Below, in pieces: positions 38,659-47,970 of a stretch of 64,000 nt of DNA (the first letter of the stretch is position 1; every line of letters starts with the position of its first letter). The stretch spans positions 576,001-640,000 of the forward strand of contig JANZKC010000001.1 of assembly GCA_025061115.1 (NCBI GenBank), in the 5' to 3' direction. A program made the translations under genes and the position numbers. The notes under the pieces were generated by a model. It worked only from the letters and a program-made list of their open reading frames with translations, was not told where the DNA came from and did not search any database. Source of the stretch: Candidatus Culexmicrobium cathedralense (GTDB lineage: Archaea; Thermoproteota; Methanomethylicia; Culexarchaeales; Culexmicrobiaceae).

Positions 38659-40632
38659 TTATGAGAATCTGCACATCATGAAATCTTTTTTTCCAAAACA
38701 GCTTGACCTCTTCGCAAACTTGCAAATTAACCCTATAATTTTAGGTAGTTCTTTAGGTCTTGTTGAAGGAAGCCCCAACCTTAAACTCTGAAACAGCTTA
38801 TAACTATTTTTAGCAACTCTAATTGGATGCGCGCCAACTCTAATTGCTGTGATAACATTAATCAAATTATCTTCCACAACTATTATTGGATCATCGCTAC
38901 CATAATTGAACCTGCTCATACACGCTTGGAAAAGTGACTCTTTCAATGGGCCAAAGCCTGAATCTCTACCTACCACATAGTGAAAAATGCTGGTTAAGCC
39001 AACCTTCTCCAATGCCTTGGAGGCGGATTTAACGCTTTGCTTGGTGGCTAAGCAAATATACGCTTCACTAGCCAACTTTCTCAAGTAATCCACTTCATTA
39101 ACTAATAGTTTCACATACCTAATTGAATTCAGTTCGAAAGACTCAATTACACTTGATGCTCTATAAAAATCCTCAACATTATTCATCCAAAGCCTAGAAA
39201 GAGCAGCAGAAACACTTTCCCATTTGAAGGCCAGATTAGCTTTAATAAGAGCTCTTTTGACTAAAATCCAATTAATATTAAAGTCGACTAACGTTCCATC
39301 AAGATCGAAAATGAACAAAGGCCTCTTCTTCGATCTCATCAATCTACTACATAGAGATTGAAACCATCTGCTCAAAGAACTTAAGCTTTTTTCTACACTT
39401 TTTCTCCACCTTATCTTCTCACTTTTCAAACTAGACAATCCAACTAATAATTGAGGTACAAGTCTAGTTGGGTCTGATAGGTGGAAATCGCTGAATCCAA
39501 ACCCTAGAAGGCCTTTTCGAGCCATGTACAGCCAAGTAGTAGGCACTTTAGCTAAATATCTAAGCCCATCAACAACCCAATAATACTCCCCCTTAAGTAC
39601 CTTTAGCGTTTTAGCCAACTTCTCAGCACTCTCCACTCCCTCTAAGTAAGCCAAAGCAAGTATCGCAGGAAAGTGATAGCCAAGAGATACGGAAAGATGC
39701 AAGCTACCCCAAAACTTAGGGTTAAGCTCAATGACATAGTACTTACCTAGCTCATAATTCCACTTTGTTTCAACCATGAGAGGGCCGCTCCACCTTAAAT
39801 GCCTAACAACAGCTCTACCCAATGCGTAAAGATTCGGATCCATCATTGGACCTTTAGCAGCTAAACTAGCACCACCACTTGGGTCGTATTCAACAATTCT
39901 TTCATGAGTAAATTCTAGTAGAGGAGTGCCCTCATAAGCTACTACGTAATATCCTCTAGCTCTTCCAGGAGCGTACTCTTGGACAAGGCATGGAGCCCTC
40001 TTTAACGCCATTTCAGCTGCTAGCTCATGCGAGATAACATACTCAGGTTTAGAGGCGTCTCCCAAACCCTTAACAACAAGCGGCGGTTTTAAATCTCTAA
40101 TTAGGTTAACATTCTCTGAGCCTTTTACAATCACTAAGCTAGGGACCTCAGCAATTCCCTTAAGAGTTTTTGGCAAGTCCCCTTTGCTTGAAGCCTTAGC
40201 AACTGCCTCATAACTAGGCGCAGCTACTTTAACTTCAAATTCATCAAAAATCTTGATGTACTTCGAAAATGTAGCTACATCAATAAAATCTACAGGTACT
40301 ACAAGATCAGCAGCTACATTTCTTGCCAGCTTAGCTACAGCTAAAGCCCATGCAGCTTTTTCCCTATCAACTTTAACAATGTGTTTCTCATCTAGAAGCT
40401 TGGAGTAATTATGAGGATGGTGAACTCTATGAGACACGCCGATAATTTTAGCTTTAATAACCTCCTTCAACGAGTACATCATCCCAATAGCTTTGCGAGA
40501 TGCTATGGAGGCTAATAAAATTTTATATGTCATCATTAATACACCCACATCCAACACATTAACGACGGAATATTTTATCACCTTACCTCCGCGATCCAGC
40601 TTTCGCGATGTTAAGTATGAAAATTGAACCAA
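38659..40632 (-). CDS. ATP-grasp domain fused to a C-terminal HAD-family hydrolase
   Basis: PLVVKG, LVQEYAPG, MVETK, IELNPKFWGS; then FIFDLDGTL, ATKQ, GRD, VVEDN. True start may be about 100 nt downstream (MMTYK). Confidence 0.8.
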   Translation of the reverse strand: MVQFSYLTSRKLDRGGKVIKYSVVNVLDVGVLMMTYKILLASIASRKAIGMMYSLKEVIKAKIIGVSHRVHHPHNYSKLLDEKHIVKVDREKAAWALAVAKLARNVAADLVVPVDFIDVATFSKYIKIFDEFEVKVAAPSYEAVAKASSKGDLPKTLKGIAEVPSLVIVKGSENVNLIRDLKPPLVVKGLGDASKPEYVISHELAAEMALKRAPCLVQEYAPGRARGYYVVAYEGTPLLEFTHERIVEYDPSGGASLAAKGPMMDPNLYALGRAVVRHLRWSGPLMVETKWNYELGKYYVIELNPKFWGSLHLSVSLGYHFPAILALAYLEGVESAEKLAKTLKVLKGEYYWVVDGLRYLAKVPTTWLYMARKGLLGFGFSDFHLSDPTRLVPQLLVGLSSLKSEKIRWRKSVEKSLSSLSRWFQSLCSRLMRSKKRPLFIFDLDGTLVDFNINWILVKRALIKANLAFKWESVSAALSRLWMNNVEDFYRASSVIESFELNSIRYVKLLVNEVDYLRKLASEAYICLATKQSVKSASKALEKVGLTSIFHYVVGRDSGFGPLKESLFQACMSRFNYGSDDPIIVVEDNLINVITAIRVGAHPIRVAKNSYKLFQSLRLGLPSTRPKELPKIIGLICKFAKRSSCFGKKDFMMCRFS

Positions 40633-41688
40633 TTAAACACTACTTATCCAATAGTTGTAAATTTCCTCAGCACTAGTCATCCAAGCCTTCTTTTCTTTCA
40701 GATACATCAAAATTTTCTCATAAAGCTTTGCCCAATCTCCATAACGTAATTCATCAAAAGTGTTGTTGTGCCAAAGAATCGTTATCACGCCATTATTTCT
40801 CTCTGTAACATCTATTAAATGTTTTATAATGTCATAGGCTTTACTAGGACTTATACGCATGTATCCATAGAAAGTTGTATCCATCACCACTAAGGGAATT
40901 TCCAGGATGTCTATCTCGGCATCCTTGTTTAGGTCATATGGTTTAAACGGGTGGCACATTCCATTTCTGAAACCCGGCATATCAGGGTATCCGAAGGTGG
41001 TATCATACTTGAAACCCAGCTGAGCTAGTAGATTCCAGGTATCAGGTACCTGAAACCTTAGGTAATGCATCCGCACTCCAATAACCCTTTTCCCTACAAC
41101 CTTTTCTACTCTCTCCCTTTCTTTAGCCAATTCTTTAGGATCATTATAAGAGTAATATCCTCCATGAAGGCCGACCTCCCAACCCATATCAACAATGTAC
41201 GCAAATTCATCCGTCAACTCATTGATATCATAAACTGAACCAAAATCTCTTGTTGCTGATTTAAAGAAAAAAGTAGATTTTGCATCATATTTATTCTCAA
41301 GTTCAATAATATACCTAAAATTCCAGTAAGGGCTAAGTGACTTGCTTTTAGTAATTCCTCCAAAAAAGCGCTTAAAGCTTTCAACTAACCTTTGGTTTTT
41401 AAGAAGTTTAAGCGTTGCAGAGAAAATGTGTTTCCAATTTGGATGAATATGATCTATGTCATGAGTTAAACATGCTGCAAATCTGAAGCCCTCAGGCCAA
41501 GCAATATCCATAATACCTTCTTTGACAAGGTAACTTGAAACAACAGGATCAAATGCATTCTTGTAATTTGAGAATTTATATATGAAACGCCCATGCTCGT
41601 CCTTCATACTACTATATTCCTGTTTTGCAGTAAAAATATCAAATAGCTCCTTTTCACGTTTTATCTTCTCAACAAAAGGAACCTTCAT
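40633..41688 (-). CDS. Polysaccharide deacetylase family protein
   Basis: LTHDID, STFFF, EVGLHG, RMHYLR, YDTT, GFRNGMCHPF, EIPLVVMD, LWHN. Confidence 0.88.
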   Translation of the reverse strand: MKVPFVEKIKREKELFDIFTAKQEYSSMKDEHGRFIYKFSNYKNAFDPVVSSYLVKEGIMDIAWPEGFRFAACLTHDIDHIHPNWKHIFSATLKLLKNQRLVESFKRFFGGITKSKSLSPYWNFRYIIELENKYDAKSTFFFKSATRDFGSVYDINELTDEFAYIVDMGWEVGLHGGYYSYNDPKELAKERERVEKVVGKRVIGVRMHYLRFQVPDTWNLLAQLGFKYDTTFGYPDMPGFRNGMCHPFKPYDLNKDAEIDILEIPLVVMDTTFYGYMRISPSKAYDIIKHLIDVTERNNGVITILWHNNTFDELRYGDWAKLYEKILMYLKEKKAWMTSAEEIYNYWISSV

Positions 41689-41864
41689 TTGACCCCCCTC
41701 AAATGAAGTAGCCTCGTTATCATTATGATTATTGTCATTTATACCATTTATTAATATAATTTTAAGCGTATAATTTTAGCCAACTAAAAACAAGCTTAAA
41801 AGGATGAGGTGATGAATCATAGCTACTTATTTAAATATTAAAAATAAATTGAATATAAAAATCA

Positions 41865-42680
41865 TTAAAATTTGATTAATAATCTACAAAGAAAATTTTT
41901 TAGTTTTTCAATATATCTTCTCTTTTGCAATTCCTTCATAAAATCGGAAATATCTGATGATGATTCCACAGAGCTTATGAATCCAGCTATCATGTGCACG
42001 CCTAGAGCAAGAGACCGCATGGAAAGTAGCACGCTTCTACTAATAGCATAAGGCCACCAATATCCAACTACCTTCATCGCCTTACCCCATAAAAAGGCTT
42101 TTCTAGGAGACACTCTAGTGGGTCTTATGAGCTTGAACTTGAGGTCATCATAAGTCCGCGCATTATAACCCTGCGATAAAGCCTTAAAAATAAGCCATGG
42201 CTCAAAGCCATAAATTAGGGGATACCTATAACCAATACTCTTAAACCAATCGGCATCAACAAGCCTACCTGCACCTCTCACACCATATTCACTGCTTTCT
42301 TCACCAACAGCAATGCCAGAGGCTACTACAACCCCATCGCGCATCATCCTCTTTGCCAGCTCCTCGACATAGTGAGGAGGCTAGAGGCAATCAGCACCTG
42401 AAATCATCACGTAATCTAGCTTAAGTGACTCGAGAACTTCAAAGCCCTTATTTATCAGATAAGCGATATAAGGTGTCCCTACCATATTTGCAGTGGATTT
42501 TCTCTTAATCCTTATAACTGTGGCGCCTAATTTCTCAGCAATATCAGCGGTCCCGTCAGAACTAGAATCGTCCACTACAACTATCTTTTGAGGGGGAATT
42601 GATTGTCTCAACAAGCTTTTCAGAGTTAACCCAATGAATTTTCTCTCATTTCTAGCTGGTATTACGACGCCATATTTCAT
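41865..42680 (-). pseudogene. Glycosyltransferase family 2 interrupted by one in-frame TAG
   Basis: VVIPARNE...VVDDSSSDGT...ISGADCL*PPHYVEELAKRMMRDG; both ORFs are in the same frame, TAG at 42381-42383. Confidence 0.8.
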
Positions 42681-43086
42681 GAATCACACCCATATGTCTG
42701 TCAACTGCACTATATTCCTAATAAAGCATCTATAAATTATTATTGAACCACTTTCTAATCAATTTTCGAACTATAAAACATTCTAAACTATAAAATAAAA
42801 TTTCTAACACTACAATCAAGAAAACTTGAAAGAGATTTACATGTTGTAAGAAGCTCTGGCGAGGCAGCATTTTAAAAGACGCATTTACTGCAACTAAGCC
42901 AGTTAAATTACTTTGGAAAAGCATTTTATATGAGTGTAGAATCATTATTCACTCAAAGTAGAACTAAAAACTAATTTCAAACCAGCAGTGAAAGCATTAA
43001 TTTTGGCGCTTAAAAATTAGCAAATAGAGGTAAATGAGGATGAGTGGAACGTGCTTTTACAATCAACTAAAAGTGGAGGTTAATCA

Positions 43087-44046
43087 ATGAATTTTAGCGA
43101 GGAAGAGAAGAGAATATTCGAGGAGCTCTCTAGGCTTGAGACCGAGCAGATAAATCCGAGGGCTCAGCAATTAAGTGAGCTGCCAACGATAGAAGTCCTA
43201 AAGGTGATTAATGAGGAAGATAAGAAGGTTGCCTATGCTATTGAAAAGGAGCTCCCAAGAATAGCTGAAGCAGTTGAAGTGATAGTTGATGCGGTGAGAA
43301 GAGGTGGAAAGTGGATATATGTGGGTGCGGGAACGAGCGGTAGGCTTGGAGTAATCGATGTTGCTGAGCTGCTTCCAACCTATAATGTCGGGCCGGAAAC
43401 TGCAGATGCCATTATAGCCGGCGGGCCGGGAGCAATGTTCAGGCCTATAGAGGGAGCGGAAGATGATGAGGAAATGGCGGTGAGAGAGCTGAAGGCTAGA
43501 AGGCTAAGGAGCAAAGACGTGGTGATTGGAATTTCAGCCAGTGGGAGAACGCCTTTCGTAATTTCAGCGCTCAAGTACGCGAGAAAAATTGGAGCTAAAA
43601 CTGTGGCGATAACCTGCGTCAAGAACTCTCCAATAACAAGGCACGCAGATATAATTATTTGCCCTCAAACTGGGCCGGAAGTAATCACCGGCTCAACAAG
43701 AATGAAGGCTGCAACAGCCCAAAAAATGATTTTGACGATGCTTAGCACTGCAGTCATGGTTAGGCTTGGAAGGGTTCACGGAAGCCTAATGGTGACTCTA
43801 GAGCCAGTTAGCAAAAAGCTCATTGAAAGAGCTAAGAGGATCATAATGATAGAAGCTGGAGTGAGCTATGAGGAGGCTGCTGAGCTGCTGGAAATGTCGG
43901 GTGGAAATGTCACCGTAGCCATAGTAATGGCAAAAGCTGGAGTTAATAGGGAAATTGCAGAGAAGCTCTTAGAAGCCTCAAACAACATACCTACAAGGGC
44001 AATTAAGCTTGCAGAGGAGCTGAAATGCAGTGAGAAGGAAAGCTGA
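43087..44046 (+). CDS. murQ: N-acetylmuramic acid 6-phosphate etherase
   Basis: TEQINP, YVGAGTSGRLGVIDVAELLPTY, IEGAED, GISASGRTPFV, GPEVITGSTRMKAATAQKMIL, KLIERA; both catalytic Glu positions retained. Confidence 0.95.
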   Translation: MNFSEEEKRIFEELSRLETEQINPRAQQLSELPTIEVLKVINEEDKKVAYAIEKELPRIAEAVEVIVDAVRRGGKWIYVGAGTSGRLGVIDVAELLPTYNVGPETADAIIAGGPGAMFRPIEGAEDDEEMAVRELKARRLRSKDVVIGISASGRTPFVISALKYARKIGAKTVAITCVKNSPITRHADIIICPQTGPEVITGSTRMKAATAQKMILTMLSTAVMVRLGRVHGSLMVTLEPVSKKLIERAKRIIMIEAGVSYEEAAELLEMSGGNVTVAIVMAKAGVNREIAEKLLEASNNIPTRAIKLAEELKCSEKES

Positions 44047-45205
44047 AGTAAAAGTTAAAACTGGACTTGACATCCTTGTAGAGGAGGACTTCAGGAGAAT
44101 TAGAGGATATACCATTGGAGTTGTGGCAAATCAAGCTTCAACAACGAGAAACCTAACCCACCTAGTTGAAGAAGCAAAGAAGAAAAGGCGATGCAATTTA
44201 GAGATAGTATTCTCGCCGGAGCACGGATTTTTAGGCGAGAGGCCGTGCGGAGAGAAGATCGCTGGAGAGTACTACGATCTAGACTATAACGTAAGGGTCT
44301 TCAGCCTATATGGAGAAAGTTTTAAGCCGCCAATAGAGCTTCTTGAAAAGCTCGACGCGCTAATATTCGACCTGCAAGATGTAGGTGTAAGGTGGTACAC
44401 CTACACGTCAACGCTATACTACTGCATCGAAGCCTGCGGCGAAGCAAAAACCCCAATATACGTGCTGGACAGGCCCAATCCAATAACCGGAGAAGTAATT
44501 GAAGGCCCAATTCTAAATCCAAAGTACAAGTCGTTTGTGGGAATTGCAGAAGTTCCCGTGAGGTATGGGCTAACAATAGGGGAATTAGCATTACTATTAA
44601 ACGACAAGTACAATCTAAAAGCAGACCTGCAAGTAGTTACAATGAAAAACTGGAAGAGAGATTATTGGTTTAAGGACACTGGGCTACCGTGGATTCTCCC
44701 ATCCCCTAACATGCCAACTCCAGAAACAGCACTAGTCTATCCTGGAACAGCACTACTTGAAGGAACCAACATCTCCGAAGGTAGGGGGACAACCAAGCCA
44801 TTCGAACTGATAGGAGCTCCATGGATTAAAGCCAGCAAGCTGGCTAAGGAACTAAATGCCCGAGGTCTGGCCGGAGTCATGTTTAGGCCAGCCTACTTTA
44901 GGCCCAGCACATCCAAGTACGCGGGAGAGCTATGCGGAGGAGTTCAAGTGCATGTGGTTGATAGGGAGGAGTTCAGAGCATTTGAAGTTGGAGTTCACAT
45001 AATATGCGCAATTAGAAACCTATATGAAGACAAGCTTCGATGGATAAGAAGAGGTCCAATCTACTTCATAGATCAGCTGGCTGGAACAAATAAGCTAAGA
45101 GAAATGGTGGATAGTGGAGTGGATGCGTGGGAAATAGTTGATAAACTCGAAAGGGAGCTAGACAAATACGTAATTGAAAGGGAGAAGTACCTGCTATACT
45201 TCTAG
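44030..45205 (+). CDS. namZ: Exo-beta-N-acetylmuramidase NamZ (DUF1343/YbbC family)
   Basis: FSPEHG, FDLQDVGVRWYTY, VLDRPNP, RYGLTIGELA, WILPSPNMP, LEGTNISEGRGTTKPFE. Confidence 0.92.
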   Translation: MRRKAEVKVKTGLDILVEEDFRRIRGYTIGVVANQASTTRNLTHLVEEAKKKRRCNLEIVFSPEHGFLGERPCGEKIAGEYYDLDYNVRVFSLYGESFKPPIELLEKLDALIFDLQDVGVRWYTYTSTLYYCIEACGEAKTPIYVLDRPNPITGEVIEGPILNPKYKSFVGIAEVPVRYGLTIGELALLLNDKYNLKADLQVVTMKNWKRDYWFKDTGLPWILPSPNMPTPETALVYPGTALLEGTNISEGRGTTKPFELIGAPWIKASKLAKELNARGLAGVMFRPAYFRPSTSKYAGELCGGVQVHVVDREEFRAFEVGVHIICAIRNLYEDKLRWIRRGPIYFIDQLAGTNKLREMVDSGVDAWEIVDKLERELDKYVIEREKYLLYF

Positions 45206-46806
45206 CCACCAACTAGAGGAACCCTAGCAAACACGTCGTCTATATTAACTGGAAGGCGGCCGCCAGCTTGCAGCTCTCCAAACAAAATCCTAACCAGCGC
45301 CTCAAGCTGAGGCAATGTAATGCCATAAGTAGCGATGAAGCACTTAACCTGCGGAAAAGCCTTAACGTCATATGGGTCTCTAGAAGCAACAATCACAGCA
45401 TTACCCAGCTTATCAACCCGATTAACAAGTTCAATCTGGCCGGGATTCAGCAATGCATTATAAGTGAAAACAATTATTGCATCGCAAAATTCAAGATCAC
45501 CCAGCAACCCCTCGACTTCCTCACGTGAAGGATCCACTGAATAGATTTGGACGCTCAGCTCTTCACACTTTCCGCTGAAAATGCTATTCAATAAAACTTC
45601 AATACCCCCATGCTCCGCACCCAACCTGCCTGCAAGCTTATCTGGAACAGCTATGCCCAGCCTTCCCAAACCACCGCTTAGAGGCAGCAAACCCTCATCC
45701 TTAACAACGGTTATCGAGCTAACAGCAATTTCAAGCACGGCCTTCCGATGGGAATTGCAGCCGACAACCGATAAAGCAGCAGGATCAAACCTGTAGCTGT
45801 AAAGGCCGAATTCCCTCCTCAAACTCTCAATTCTCGCGTAAGACTCGATCAACCTATGCTTATCAATTCTGCCAGCCTCAACACCCTTGATAATTTCATC
45901 CTTGAGCTCAATCATTAGGTCATAATCACTGGCCGGCAATAGCAAGTCAACGCCAGCATTCAATGCGAGAGCTACAATCTCCTTAGGCTCGAAGCGATCG
46001 CGAATAGCCTTCATCTCCAAAGCATCAGTCATAACAACTCCATCAAAGCCAAGCATCCCCCTCAATATTCCACCCACAATTGGCTTTGAAAGCGTAGCTG
46101 GAAGCCCCGACTCATCAATTTTAGGATAAGCTATGTGAGCAGCCATAATTGACGATACGCCGGCTTCAACTGCAGCCTTAAATGGAATCAATTCACGCTT
46201 AACCATTTCCTCCAAGCTCAAGTTCAAAACCGGAAGGTCCAAGTGGGAGTCAACCGAAGTGTCGCCGTGACCTGGAAAGTGCTTCGCAACAGCCATAACT
46301 CCATTAGATTGAAGGGATTTAATGTAAGCTTCACTGAAGGCAGCAACCTCAATTGGATCATCGCCGAAGGATCTAACCCCAATAATAGGATTAACAGGAT
46401 TGGTATTTACATCAACAACTGGAGCTAAATTCATGTTTATGCCAATAGCCTTCAACTCCTTAGCTGCAATTTCAGCTACAATTCTAGCGCATTCAATTCT
46501 CCTAGTAGCTGAAATTGCCATTAAGCTGGGAAGAGATGTTGCTCCGCGGCTAATTCTCACAACAATTCCACCCTCATAATCTATGGAGACTATCAGTGGA
46601 GGCAAACCAATCTTCTTTGCAAAGGCCTGAAAGTCTTTAATTAATCCGGCAAGCTGCTTAGGGTCAACGATGTTCCTCTTGAACAATATTATTCCAGACG
46701 GCTTAATGACCTTCAAAAGCTCTTCATGCTCCTCAGAAAACTCAACACCATGGAAGCCTACCATCATAAGCTGACCTGAAAGGAAGTTCAAATCCATCAG
46801 GCTCAC
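45202..46806 (-). CDS. nagZ: GH3 beta-N-acetylhexosaminidase (two-domain)
   Basis: GIILFKRN, IDYEGG, APVVDVN, RSFG, KHFPGHGDTSVDSH (NagZ signature), TDALEM. Confidence 0.93.
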   Translation of the reverse strand: MSLMDLNFLSGQLMMVGFHGVEFSEEHEELLKVIKPSGIILFKRNIVDPKQLAGLIKDFQAFAKKIGLPPLIVSIDYEGGIVVRISRGATSLPSLMAISATRRIECARIVAEIAAKELKAIGINMNLAPVVDVNTNPVNPIIGVRSFGDDPIEVAAFSEAYIKSLQSNGVMAVAKHFPGHGDTSVDSHLDLPVLNLSLEEMVKRELIPFKAAVEAGVSSIMAAHIAYPKIDESGLPATLSKPIVGGILRGMLGFDGVVMTDALEMKAIRDRFEPKEIVALALNAGVDLLLPASDYDLMIELKDEIIKGVEAGRIDKHRLIESYARIESLRREFGLYSYRFDPAALSVVGCNSHRKAVLEIAVSSITVVKDEGLLPLSGGLGRLGIAVPDKLAGRLGAEHGGIEVLLNSIFSGKCEELSVQIYSVDPSREEVEGLLGDLEFCDAIIVFTYNALLNPGQIELVNRVDKLGNAVIVASRDPYDVKAFPQVKCFIATYGITLPQLEALVRILFGELQAGGRLPVNIDDVFARVPLVGG

Positions 46807-47900
46807 CTCACGAGCGAAGCTGCAATTACGTTGTGAAGCTTAGGCCTAACATCTTTAATAGATGTGTTCTCCCTAGTTGGATGCACCCTTTTAGTTAGGA
46901 ATATGACGATCAATCTTGCTTCGGGATCTATCCACAAGGAAGTGCCGGTAAATCCGGTGTGCCCATAAGACTTGTCGGAGAATAGGTCGCCGCACGAAGA
47001 CCCAAAGGACTTGACATCCCACCCCAAACCCCTAGCTTCACCCAAGTCCGTAGTGTGGTTCATGGTCATCAACTTCGCGGTTCTAGGACTCAGAATTCTA
47101 ACCGCATTGTAGGAGCCGAAGTTGAGCATCATTTGAGCAAAAATTGCTAAGTCAAGTGCAGTTGAAAACAAGCCTGCATGCCCAGAAACGCCGTCCATCC
47201 TATACGCATTCTCATCATGAACTTCACCCCAAACAATTCGCCCCCTAAACTTGCAATACTCGGTTGTTGCAATTCTCTCCCTCGACTCCGCCGGAGGATT
47301 GTACATGGTGTCATTCGTGCCGAGAGGAGTGAAAATCTCTGAACTTGCAAACTCATCAATTCTAGCTCCGCAAAGCTTCTCTATGATTCTAGTTAAAATT
47401 ATGAAGCCAACGTCACTGTAAATCACTGTTTCGCCGGGCTTGCGCTCAAGGCCAGTACTTAAAGCCAAATTAAATACATCCTCCCTACTGGAAGCAGTCA
47501 AGTAAAATGGCTTCCAAGCAGGTAAACCTGAAGTGTGAGTTAGCAAGTGCATTAAAGTCACATCCTCCCGCCCATCGCCACTAAAGTTCGGTAAATACTT
47601 GCACACGGGATCGTCGAGGCGGAGAAGCCCTCTCTCAAGCAGAATCATCGCGGAGGTTGCAGCCACAACAGGCTTAGTTATTGAAGCTAGGTCGAAGATC
47701 GTGTCGATCCTCGTAATCCGCCTATCAGGAACAAGCATCGAGAAGCCGAAGGCCTTATGGTAAGCGATGAAGCCATCTTTTACAATTAGCAGAACTGCAC
47801 CTGGAAAGGCTCCACTTTCAATGCAGTTCACAATGAAATCATCTACTCGATTTAAACGCTTAACCGAAAATCCAACGTCCTCCGGACTGCACCTCTCCAA
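46803..47900 (-). CDS. Beta-lactamase-class serine hydrolase, AmiE-like (putative MurNAc-L-Ala amidase)
   Basis: FDLASITK, LLTHTSG, YSDVG, GEVHDENA, GHAGLFS, GHTGFTG; 4-bp overlap with nagZ, same order as B. subtilis amiE-nagZ. Confidence 0.8.
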   Translation of the reverse strand: MERCSPEDVGFSVKRLNRVDDFIVNCIESGAFPGAVLLIVKDGFIAYHKAFGFSMLVPDRRITRIDTIFDLASITKPVVAATSAMILLERGLLRLDDPVCKYLPNFSGDGREDVTLMHLLTHTSGLPAWKPFYLTASSREDVFNLALSTGLERKPGETVIYSDVGFIILTRIIEKLCGARIDEFASSEIFTPLGTNDTMYNPPAESRERIATTEYCKFRGRIVWGEVHDENAYRMDGVSGHAGLFSTALDLAIFAQMMLNFGSYNAVRILSPRTAKLMTMNHTTDLGEARGLGWDVKSFGSSCGDLFSDKSYGHTGFTGTSLWIDPEARLIVIFLTKRVHPTRENTSIKDVRPKLHNVIAASLVR

Positions 47901-47970
47901 TCAAGCCCACCAATAAAAGCTTGCACGCAACTATAATATCACTTTGACCACAACCATCTAGGGAGAGCTG

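Noticed and set aside
14491-42383. In-frame TAG codons in three broken genes (14491, ~34340, 42381) as a sign of amber recoding or pyrrolysine
   Set aside because: TAG terminates many intact core genes here (rps27e, priS, pcn, mtaB), two of the three genes also have frameshifts, and no pyl genes are in the window.
46803-47900. Beta-lactam resistance gene
   Set aside because: An SxxK hydrolase coupled to nagZ fits the AmiE-like family better, and archaea lack the beta-lactam target.
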